This document shows, piece by piece, positions 1 to 7,243 of a DNA stretch of 25,032 nt. Position 1 is the stretch's first letter. The number at the start of each line of letters is the position of its first letter. The notes beneath the pieces were generated by a model, which was given only the letters and a program-made list of their open reading frames with translations, was not told the origin of the DNA and made no database searches. Source of the DNA: an uncultured archaeon (GTDB lineage: Archaea; Asgardarchaeota; Thorarchaeia; Thorarchaeales; Thorarchaeaceae). Location: positions 1-25,032 of the forward strand of contig CAYWJO010000049.1 in assembly GCA_964458565.1 (NCBI GenBank). Direction: 5' to 3'. A program made the position numbers and the translations under genes.

Positions 1-77
1 GCTCTGGCGAGTGTCCTTGCTGGACTGTACGGATAGCAATCAGTGCTCGAGTGCTCAATTTCGCCCTCCTGAGTCAT
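1..77 (-). CDS. Possible 5' end of a divergently transcribed gene running off the window (MTQEGEIEHSSTDCYPYSPARTLAR...)
   Basis: ATG at 77-75 on the minus strand, preceded by GCAGGT and an AT-rich intergenic region (85-230). The frame is open to the window edge. No family recognised. Confidence 0.3.
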   Translation of the reverse strand, partial: MTQEGEIEHSSTDCYPYSPARTLAR

Positions 78-230
78 GTACCTGCCTATTTACTCGTTTA
101 TATATAAATATGCGGTCTTTTATTGTATTTATATGCATTTTTTAGTTTAATAGAATGCCTTTAAATATGCTTTATGACCGTTTTCAGAAAATTATCTTCA
201 TAAGTTTATTACTATTTATGTATAGAAATG

Positions 231-296
231 AGTGGGGATTATCACCTATCCTCCTGAATAAAGGATGAGTGAACCCCTCTGACCCAACAGGTCGGA
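231..296 (+). repeat. Structured left end / 5' leader of the TnpB element: two hairpins
   Basis: Imperfect stem GGGG..TCAC..ATCCT (from 234) / AGGAT..GTGA..CCCC (to 277), then TCTGACC-CAACA-GGTCGGA (278-296). This GC-richer island sits in AT-rich DNA. Confidence 0.55.
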
Positions 297-321
297 AGTT
301 TATTACTTTCAGGTGAGACGC

Positions 322-2115
322 ATGGGAACTTCAAAGGGTACGGTCATCAGTGTAAAAGTCCCGATAAAGTGGGATGCTATGACCGAGAGGCAGAAGACTC
401 GACTCTCTCGAATAACAAGTAGAGATACACGGGTGATTCAAGCCTTCCTTGGAGTGATTGCATATCACGAGAAAGAACTTCTTGTCGGAAAGAGAAACAA
501 GAAAGTCAACGGTGCGAAGCTGGAGAAGATAACACTCACAGCTGAGAGGTCTAGAGATGAGTCCAAACATAGGACTATTGTCCCTCATGACTTCAAAGAG
601 AGATTCCCGAATATATCATTGAATGAACTACAGGAATGCAGACAGGTCGCTGTTGCCATGTGGAACAGCTATCTTGCTCTGGAGGGCGAACATCCTATGA
701 AGAGCAAGGGATACAGACCCCGTAAACTTCCTAGATATGTATTCAATCGCAGGTTCAAGGTCATCTATACTCCTGAGAAAGAGATCAACCACTGGCTCAG
801 GCTCATGGATTCCCTCGACTCTGCAAAGACACCTGGGCACTACCACGACTACCTTATGATTCCTCTCAGTCCTTCCTCTTATCATCTGAATAAGATGAAT
901 GAAGGAAAGGTTACATCACTTCGCCTTCTCAAGGACAGAAAACGGAAGTGGTGGGCGGTCTTCTCTGTACGCGTCAATGTCCCCGATATCTCAAACGGTT
1001 CGAAGTCACCTGCTATCCTAGGGATAGACCTTGGAATAGACAAGGCTGTCTGTTCAGTGGTATTGACTAGGAGTAAGGTACGACATGCGAGATATTTCAC
1101 GCAGCATGATAAGGTGAAGCGAATCGAGAAATTAGATAGACGGGTAGACGCTCTACAACATGAGATGGACACACGATTGAACAATGGTATTCCAGCTGAT
1201 GATATTGTCCTAAAATTGAGAGCACTCAGCGGGAAACGGAAGAATGTCAGTATCGATGATGACAGAGTCTTAGTGAAACAACTCACTGAGCATATTCTTG
1301 AGTTATCAAAGAAATATGACCTCTACGTTGCTATAGGGAAACTTACGGGTATTCGTGACAGTGCCAATCGAGGTAGTGGGAAGAAAAAGTCCTTCCGCTC
1401 AAAAGTTGCCCGGTGGACCTTTGCACGATTCACAAACTGGCTCAGGCACTCCCTTGCTCAGCAGGGCTGGAAAGTCTCCGGTTACGGCTCGCGATTCTTC
1501 ACAATTCGTGAATATTGGACAAGTCGTACCTGCCACAAGTGTGGGCACATCGGAATCAGGCCAAAGCAGTCGTTGTTCATCTGTCACACGTGCGGATATC
1601 GTACCAATGCCGACAAGAACGGCGCTATCAACATAGCAAGGCGCCTTATCAGGTTCATACCCTCTCTGAGGGATGAAGACAATGGACTAGGGCAGTGGCT
1701 CTTGCCTCATGAGAGGTCGGGGTCAACCCTGAAGGCCTCAAGGAGCTCGCGCTCTAAGAGGAAGTCCAGACCCTCTTCGAAGTTGTCAGCTTCAGGAAGG
1801 GGGTCCGTGGCTGAGTGCCATACTCAGGCTTCTTTGACCGAGTTTGAGGGTACTACCGATCCAGCCATGGAAAGTGCCGCGGAAATACCGTCTGCCGCCG
1901 TTGACGCCCGAAAGGCAACTGACAGTCATGGCAGTACAGTGCAGCGGAGTGAAGCTCAGTGCCAAGAGAGAAGTGTTGCTTCGGTGACCTTGGACAAAGC
2001 CCGTGTACACGGGTCGGGAGCGGTCTCGACTCTTGCTGGTGACAGCAGTCGCGAGAAGGGTAGAACGCGGAAGTCAGAGGTCATAGAAGGGGTTCACTCA
2101 CCTTCTAAAGACTAA
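322..2115 (+). CDS. tnpB: TnpB/Cas12f-like RNA-guided endonuclease, RuvC-II-rearranged type, with long disordered C-terminal tail
   Basis: Numbering from the 313 ORF: RuvC-I ILGIDLG (D239), YVAIGKL (G342 at the usual Glu position), REYWTS (E400), zinc finger CHKC...CHTC, RuvC-III NADKNGAINI (D434). ATG 322 is preferred because AGGTGA lies at 311-316. Confidence 0.9.
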   Translation: MGTSKGTVISVKVPIKWDAMTERQKTRLSRITSRDTRVIQAFLGVIAYHEKELLVGKRNKKVNGAKLEKITLTAERSRDESKHRTIVPHDFKERFPNISLNELQECRQVAVAMWNSYLALEGEHPMKSKGYRPRKLPRYVFNRRFKVIYTPEKEINHWLRLMDSLDSAKTPGHYHDYLMIPLSPSSYHLNKMNEGKVTSLRLLKDRKRKWWAVFSVRVNVPDISNGSKSPAILGIDLGIDKAVCSVVLTRSKVRHARYFTQHDKVKRIEKLDRRVDALQHEMDTRLNNGIPADDIVLKLRALSGKRKNVSIDDDRVLVKQLTEHILELSKKYDLYVAIGKLTGIRDSANRGSGKKKSFRSKVARWTFARFTNWLRHSLAQQGWKVSGYGSRFFTIREYWTSRTCHKCGHIGIRPKQSLFICHTCGYRTNADKNGAINIARRLIRFIPSLRDEDNGLGQWLLPHERSGSTLKASRSSRSKRKSRPSSKLSASGRGSVAECHTQASLTEFEGTTDPAMESAAEIPSAAVDARKATDSHGSTVQRSEAQCQERSVASVTLDKARVHGSGAVSTLAGDSSREKGRTRKSEVIEGVHSPSKD

Positions 2116-2140
2116 GACAGGTCGGTGCATGCAGCCGAGA
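1690..2140 (+). ncRNA. Putative omegaRNA/sotRNA overlapping the tnpB 3' end
   Basis: Dense stems: GACCCTCTTC/GAAGGGGGTC, CTGAGT/ACTCAG, GCC-CGAAA-GGC, C(TTCG)G tetraloop, the palindrome CCCGTGTACACGGG, GTCGGGA/TCTCGAC and TAGAAGG/CCTTCTA. The encoded protein here is low-complexity. TnpB omegaRNAs are known to overlap the ORF 3' end. Confidence 0.7.
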
Positions 2141-2266
2141 ACATTAATGAGTAAGCCTCATCTTTGTATTGCAGATTCAAAAATATAGCTCATACAACCT
2201 GAAAATTAATCTATTATCCATAATATATATGACCAATCTTAGTAATTAGATTACAGGTGGTAGACG

Positions 2267-2734
2267 ATGGGTGAAACAAATCCAAAAATAACACTTCGAA
2301 TAAAAATCGATGAACTTGAAATAGAAGTTCAAGCAGATGGAATTTCAAATCTTGAGAGTGCTTATTTGTCACTCCTATATACGAGAACGAAGCTAGGAGA
2401 AATCAAGAGGAAGCACCAAGCTTTACTAATCGCTGAAGAGGCTAAAGAAAAGGCAAGTCGTTACTGGGTTGAAGCAGAAGGCAAAAGAAAACTCATTGGT
2501 ATTGATGATACACCCATCTCTATCATTTTATCTCTTTTAGACTCATATCCAGAGGGTAAGAAAGGTTCGACAGTATCTGAGGAAACTAGTGTCGGTCATC
2601 CAACAGTCAGCAAGTATTTTTCAGGTGCATACGGTGAACATGCAGCATTCTTTGAAAAGTGTAATAGTGAATGGAAACTTAGCTCAGAAGGTGTATTTTA
2701 CATACATAATTGGTTAAGCGAAAATGCAGAATGA
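2267..2734 (+). CDS. Hypothetical protein with probable C-terminal winged HTH
   Basis: SD-like CAGGTGG upstream. STVSEETSVGHPTVSKYFS is helix-turn-helix-like and WKLSSEG is wing-like. Confidence 0.6.
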   Translation: MGETNPKITLRIKIDELEIEVQADGISNLESAYLSLLYTRTKLGEIKRKHQALLIAEEAKEKASRYWVEAEGKRKLIGIDDTPISIILSLLDSYPEGKKGSTVSEETSVGHPTVSKYFSGAYGEHAAFFEKCNSEWKLSSEGVFYIHNWLSENAE

Positions 2735-2810
2735 ATTTTGATATTATGACTGAAAGGTTATATGTTGCTATACTGCCCCCCAGTTCAATACAGGAGGATT
2801 CCAAACAACT

Positions 2811-3221
2811 ATGCCCCCTAAGGATATGAACATCATCGTGTTGGGATGCATGCAATGTATGTATGCAGCAGCAGACCTTGCAGGAACGATGAAGCTGCAG
2901 TACGATGTGAGTGCGAGGATAATCCGAATGCCGTGTACCGCACGATTGGATCTCAACTTCATCCTGAAAGCACTGCAAGAGGGGGCAGATGGAGTACTGA
3001 TCGTTGGATGTCATCCTGGGGACTGCGCATACAAGACCGGAAACTTGGGGGCAGAACGACGTGTCAGATTTGCGAGGAAGTTGATTGCAAGCCTTGGAAT
3101 CGACGAGCGTCGCGTGAAAATGGTGTTTGTTTCAGCAGCGGAGGGCGATAAGTTTGCAGAAGAAGTCAACACCTTTGCTGACGAGATACGCGCAATAGGG
3201 CCAAATCCAATCAGATTATGA
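2811..3221 (+). CDS. mvhD: Hydrogenase/heterodisulfide reductase [2Fe-2S] subunit MvhD/FlpD (all-Cys form)
   Basis: CxxCxYAAADLAG, IIRMPCTAR, GADGVLIVGCHPGDC and SAAEG..F...GPNP motifs; GGAGG SD upstream. Confidence 0.95.
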   Translation: MPPKDMNIIVLGCMQCMYAAADLAGTMKLQYDVSARIIRMPCTARLDLNFILKALQEGADGVLIVGCHPGDCAYKTGNLGAERRVRFARKLIASLGIDERRVKMVFVSAAEGDKFAEEVNTFADEIRAIGPNPIRL

Positions 3222-3449
3222 GTTTCATACTGTATATACTGTAATCGTATCTGGATTGAAAACCAGCTGCTATATCTTACTTGATTATTGTGTCATTAGT
3301 GACTCCAGTATATGTTCTAAACATCCATAATTTACTATTAAAAAGTTTTAATATTCAATACATCAATAAAATAATGGGGAGCACACAAGTCAAACACAAG
3401 TCGTGATTTATCATAGATTGTGTAGTCATCTATAAAGGAGTAATGTGTA

Positions 3450-3647
3450 ATGAAAAATTCAAATAGGGAACTGATTGCCGTCTATGTACTGATGCCTCTC
3501 TTGACCCTATCTTTCTTTATGAGTTCATTAGTATTTTTAGTGAACCAATCTTCTAGAAATCAAGATAGTGACTTTTCAGGTCTTAGGGCATTTGCAACAT
3601 TGGAAATCCAATTAATGCGAGGGGGATTATCCCCCCTCTTTTCTTGA
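3450..3647 (+). CDS. Small single-pass membrane protein (putative)
   Basis: AAAGGAG SD upstream; hydrophobic stretch LIAVYVLMPLLTLSFFMSSLVFLV. Confidence 0.4.
   Translation: MKNSNRELIAVYVLMPLLTLSFFMSSLVFLVNQSSRNQDSDFSGLRAFATLEIQLMRGGLSPLFS
3619..3645 (+). terminator. Terminator-like hairpin
   Basis: GAGGGGG-ATTATC-CCCCCTC followed by TTTTCTT. Confidence 0.4.
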
Positions 3648-3648
3648 G

Positions 3649-5007
3649 TTGAACAACATGAACAAAACTATATCTCGAACTCCAAGGAAAACTCTATTGA
3701 TATTGCTCGTTGTTTCTATACTACAATCTACTTGTATATCGAATACGAGTATATCTTATCCAACACCTACTACACAAGTTCATGTGCACTTAAGCTATGC
3801 AACCACTCGAATAGATGCAATTACAGACTATATTTTATCTTTGTATTTGGATGAGGGCATGTTTTATGGATGGCTAAGGGACACACCACCAGACCTCAGA
3901 ATTGGATCCACTCCTAATATCTTCGATGTCTATGATGCATATCGAGTTCTTAATATGCTTGATAGAACAGATGTGCTTGATTGGACCAATTGTACCGAGT
4001 TTCTACGAAGTCTTGTGAACACCGACCCAGTCTCACCATCATATTATGGCTTGGTCAATCTTTCTATTACATCCTCGCCCAGTGTTATCTCATGTGATGT
4101 TGCAATTGAGTTGTTCCCAGAACTCGGTCTGGAGAGCTTGATTTTTGAACAAGAGATAGCTGAATATATAGTTCAGGCACAGACACCAAACGGTGGTTTT
4201 AGGTTGCGGCCGGATAATTCAGACCCGCCTGACATGATTACAACTTGGTCCGCACTGAGAGCAATGCACACACTCAATCATCTATCAGATATTGACACCT
4301 CAAAGGCAGTTGACTTCGTTATGTCTTGCTACACTGCGAACGGTGGCTTCTCGAATGTTCCTTATTATGACTCCAATCCGGATGTAGTTCCATTGGGCCT
4401 CTTTTGTTTAGAGCTTCTCAATAGGTTCGATCTCGTGAGAGTGACGAATACGACCAACTATCTCTTACAGTACTGGGACAACAATACTGGTCATGTTGTT
4501 GATGGCACATTGGTAAATACAGAACGGTTCGTTTGGTCACTTAAGACACTGGGTACACTCAGTCAAATCAATATTAACAAAACATTGGAATGGGTTTTGG
4601 CGTGTCAGAATACACGCAATGGTTTGTTTCTTCCAATACCAAATTATGACTATGATAGTGAACGACTTGAATGGTGTAGAGCTGCTGTACATATACTTGA
4701 TCTTTGCGACAGATTGGATCTGCTAGAAGAACCTATCACTCTGATTGAACATCCAGTATATACTACTCCCCAATGGTATATCGATTATATCAACGAGCAT
4801 TTTGGAACTCAAACCAACACAGGAAATGGTGTCCATCCAATATGGCCCAACATCGACATAGCTGCTTTCTTAGTCAATAGTCTTCCTCTTATGGGTATTG
4901 CATTCATTATATCTCTTCCAGCTGTCTATATAACATGGTCTAAACGAAAGAAACGAGATGAACGCAGAGAACAGCATGAAAGACGAAAAAAGATGAGGGG
5001 AAAGTAA
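3649..5007 (+). CDS. Prenyltransferase/squalene-cyclase-repeat protein, membrane anchored
   Basis: Repeats AQTPNGGF, CYTANGGFS and CQNTRNGLF with intervening helices. Hydrophobic N-terminal signal, and a C-terminal TM helix followed by a K/R-rich tail. Start could be ATG 3658. Confidence 0.8.
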   Translation: MNNMNKTISRTPRKTLLILLVVSILQSTCISNTSISYPTPTTQVHVHLSYATTRIDAITDYILSLYLDEGMFYGWLRDTPPDLRIGSTPNIFDVYDAYRVLNMLDRTDVLDWTNCTEFLRSLVNTDPVSPSYYGLVNLSITSSPSVISCDVAIELFPELGLESLIFEQEIAEYIVQAQTPNGGFRLRPDNSDPPDMITTWSALRAMHTLNHLSDIDTSKAVDFVMSCYTANGGFSNVPYYDSNPDVVPLGLFCLELLNRFDLVRVTNTTNYLLQYWDNNTGHVVDGTLVNTERFVWSLKTLGTLSQININKTLEWVLACQNTRNGLFLPIPNYDYDSERLEWCRAAVHILDLCDRLDLLEEPITLIEHPVYTTPQWYIDYINEHFGTQTNTGNGVHPIWPNIDIAAFLVNSLPLMGIAFIISLPAVYITWSKRKKRDERREQHERRKKMRGK

Positions 5008-5186
5008 TACTCATGGTTTTTGGTCACGAAAAACTGTATAATCTCCAATAAATCAAGAATCTAAACAAGCCAGATAGCCAGACAGATTGACAGAGTGATC
5101 CTGACTTCAAACGGTTCAATTATCAATAATCCGCTAATTCTAGTTCAAGATATTCAATTAGACTCTAATAATACTTAAACAGTGTT

Positions 5187-5735
5187 TCAAGATTTATGAT
5201 ATTTTCTCTCTCCTGCTCTAATAGGAAATTCCAACCAATTCTCTTGAGGAGTTATCGGACATGGAAATGATTCATTATAGGCACAAGCAAAATTGAACGA
5301 TTTGTTAAAGTCTAAAGTGATGATTTCTTGGTCTATTTCTTCAATGAGTAACAGCCGTCCATTAGGATAGCTCTCTGTACTACATGTAGAGTCCCTAAAT
5401 CCCACATAGTAGCCATCAGTTTGCTTATCATAAATAATGAACAAGCGAATGTCTTCATGTTCATATGTAAATTCTACATGGCCCGATTCAAGAAATGGAT
5501 CAGTTGGCGTTCCATCTGCCCTTGATAGGATTCTCTCTCTTTTGTCTTCGAATAGAGTTAGTCTAGCATTGAATTTAAACTTGGGATTAATTGGAAAGAA
5601 ATTCAGCTTCAGATCCTCGCGTTCAGATTCAGGAACCGGAGACCATAAGATATCCCCTATCATCACTCCTTTACTCAACTCCTTCTCTCGCTCTTTTCTC
5701 CACGCTATTATTTCATCATCATAAGACATAGGCAT
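5187..5735 (-). CDS. DUF1684 family protein
   Basis: Motifs WRKERE, FRDxTxxxESYxxGR, LDFNKxFNxxCAYN and CPxxPxENxL...AGE. Confidence 0.85.
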   Translation of the reverse strand: MPMSYDDEIIAWRKEREKELSKGVMIGDILWSPVPESEREDLKLNFFPINPKFKFNARLTLFEDKRERILSRADGTPTDPFLESGHVEFTYEHEDIRLFIIYDKQTDGYYVGFRDSTCSTESYPNGRLLLIEEIDQEIITLDFNKSFNFACAYNESFPCPITPQENWLEFPIRAGERKYHKS

Positions 5736-5803
5736 TACTCAGTCTGACATTATTTCAACAATGTGGTCAATTGTAGAGATACAAATAACAATGTCTTTTG
5801 AAT

Positions 5804-5901
5804 GCGTTTATGGATACAGCCAAGGGAAACAAGTTCGCAGAAGAAGTGAAGTGTCTACTGAGAAAATTCGGGTGATTGGGTCAAATTCGACAAGATTGTA
5901 G
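5804..5901 (+). pseudogene. Decayed copy of the mvhD 3' end (one frameshift)
   Basis: Translates AFMDTAKGNKFAEEVKC/TEKIRVIGSNSTRL* versus MvhD VFVSAAEGDKFAEEVNTFADEIRAIGPNPIRL*. Confidence 0.8.
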
Positions 5902-5969
5902 CCGCACTTAGACGAATCACATCGAATTTTTCTTAGGGATGTATTCTGTAATCCCATCACTGCTTGCGC

Positions 5970-6581
5970 TCATTGACTGAGGAATGCCATCACCTTCTCA
6001 ATTAAATAGCAAGGGGTCTTGCCCAATATCCTACTGACATTTCCCTTTGAGGTCCCAGTAGCTTCTGCAATCTCTGTGGTTCGTTCCTTTTTCCAGATGT
6101 AACGGAAGCAGTATCGCAGTTGAGTTGTGGTAAGACCGAGAAGTGCTACATATAACAAGATTGCATTGATCACAATATTACTCTCTTCATCTGATGTATT
6201 CTCAGCAAACTTGAATCCAGCAGACCTGCTCATGTATTTTGCAATCTTTATCTCATTGAGTGCCTCTCTTGCATTCCAGAAGACTGGTCCATCGCACTCA
6301 TCAGCGTTTTTCTTCTTGATGATGACCTCTCCTGTGCCAAATCCCACTCGGAACTCAAAGCCTTCCATCAGCAGATTATGAAATAGGAATATAGCCGGTT
6401 GCCAACTACCAATCAAGAGTTCTATGCTATCTCCCTGTGTAAGCGTGGGAATAGCAAGGCAGTCATCCTTGAATCGCTCATATGTGTGGTTCAACAGGTT
6501 ACGAATTGTTCTATCCATCTTCTGTCGTTCTCGTGTATCTAGACCTCTTGACGCCATGATGTCGGCAATGACTGCAATCAT
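5970..6581 (-). CDS. satD: SatD family protein (class III nucleotide cyclase-like domain plus C-terminal HTH)
   Basis: AVIADIMASR, TQGDSI, FRVGFGTGEV and DGPVFWNAR motifs; C-terminal TTEIAEATGTSKGNVSRIL HTH. Confidence 0.8.
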   Translation of the reverse strand: MIAVIADIMASRGLDTRERQKMDRTIRNLLNHTYERFKDDCLAIPTLTQGDSIELLIGSWQPAIFLFHNLLMEGFEFRVGFGTGEVIIKKKNADECDGPVFWNAREALNEIKIAKYMSRSAGFKFAENTSDEESNIVINAILLYVALLGLTTTQLRYCFRYIWKKERTTEIAEATGTSKGNVSRILGKTPCYLIEKVMAFLSQ

Positions 6582-6587
6582 GTCGTT

Positions 6588-7079
6588 TCACCCAGTCAAC
6601 AAAAATCTGAAGATCCACCATGAGAGTGCTAAGGCCATCGTGATGCTCATGAAGGTACCTAGAATGTACCAGTCCGCACATGAACGATCATTGGTCTCCT
6701 TACTTGAGTATCTGAAAATCGCCTTACCCGCAATGACGATCGAGAGAAAGCTAAGAATAGATGAATATGACAATGCGCTGTCGAAATATGCTATCACAAT
6801 TGTCAGGAATATCAAGCTCCTCTCAACACATCCTATCAAATATCCCCCATATCTTAGACCTCCGCATCTCAATCCAATGTCCTCTCCAGATTCTTTTCCA
6901 ATCCCTCCAAAGATCAAGTCAATCACCAAGCCTGGCAAGAACAATGTCAATAGGTATCCCCATAGAATTATGGATAGATATGGTTCCAATGGGAACGACG
7001 GATATGCAACGGTCAGATAGAGAAATACAGTACTGATCACTGTCACCAGTAAACCCAAGATCCTTTGAACCAGCTTCAT
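6588..7079 (-). CDS. Multi-pass membrane protein, DUF3307/SatE-like
   Basis: GYLIGCVERSLI, KAIFRY and ADWYILGTFMS resemble the partner usually found beside satD; 4-5 TM segments. Confidence 0.7.
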   Translation of the reverse strand: MKLVQRILGLLVTVISTVFLYLTVAYPSFPLEPYLSIILWGYLLTLFLPGLVIDLIFGGIGKESGEDIGLRCGGLRYGGYLIGCVERSLIFLTIVIAYFDSALSYSSILSFLSIVIAGKAIFRYSSKETNDRSCADWYILGTFMSITMALALSWWIFRFLLTG

Positions 7080-7117
7080 TATACTCTCGCTTACACCTAA
7101 TCTTTCATACTATTAAA

Positions 7118-7196
7118 TGTTTACTATTATTATCAACAATATTAAATGTTAACTAATATAGTTAACAATTATATTTGTTTACCTATACGGTAAATG
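7118..7196. promoter_or_regulatory. Three 7-7-7 inverted-repeat operators at exact 29-bp spacing
   Basis: TGTTTAC-N7-ATCAACA (7118), TGTTAAC-N7-GTTAACA (7147), TGTTTAC-N7-GTAAATG (7176), upstream of the membrane protein/satD operon. Confidence 0.7.
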
Positions 7197-7243
7197 CATT
7201 GGTGGGATTAACTTGACTGAATTAGATGTTCTTCAAGCTCTAA

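Larger units (their letters stand above)
231..2140 (+). mobile_element. Non-autonomous (solo tnpB, IS1341-like) IS200/IS605- or IS607-related element; boundaries approximate
   Basis: tnpB flanked by related hairpin-bearing ends. No tnpA is seen in the window. Confidence 0.55.

Noticed and set aside
322-2115. Nuclease-dead TnpB (TldR-like)
   Set aside because: The missing RuvC-II Glu is plausibly replaced by E400 in ExxTS, and both catalytic Asp residues are present.
231-2190. Group I (IStron) or group II intron around tnpB
   Set aside because: AGACTA at 2109 has no matching P7 partner, and no domain V consensus was found. The 5' structured part is too short for an intron core, and no interrupted host gene is evident.
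1-2266. CRISPR array beside the Cas12f-like gene
   Set aside because: No repeat-spacer periodicity and no cas1, cas2 or cas4 in the window.
3645-3660. Selenocysteine read-through joining the small ORF to the prenyltransferase-repeat gene
   Set aside because: The downstream gene is in a different frame and there is no redox motif context.
6424-7036. Plus-strand ORFs of 198 and 91 aa, and similar shadow ORFs elsewhere
   Set aside because: They lie antisense to well-supported genes and carry no recognisable motifs.
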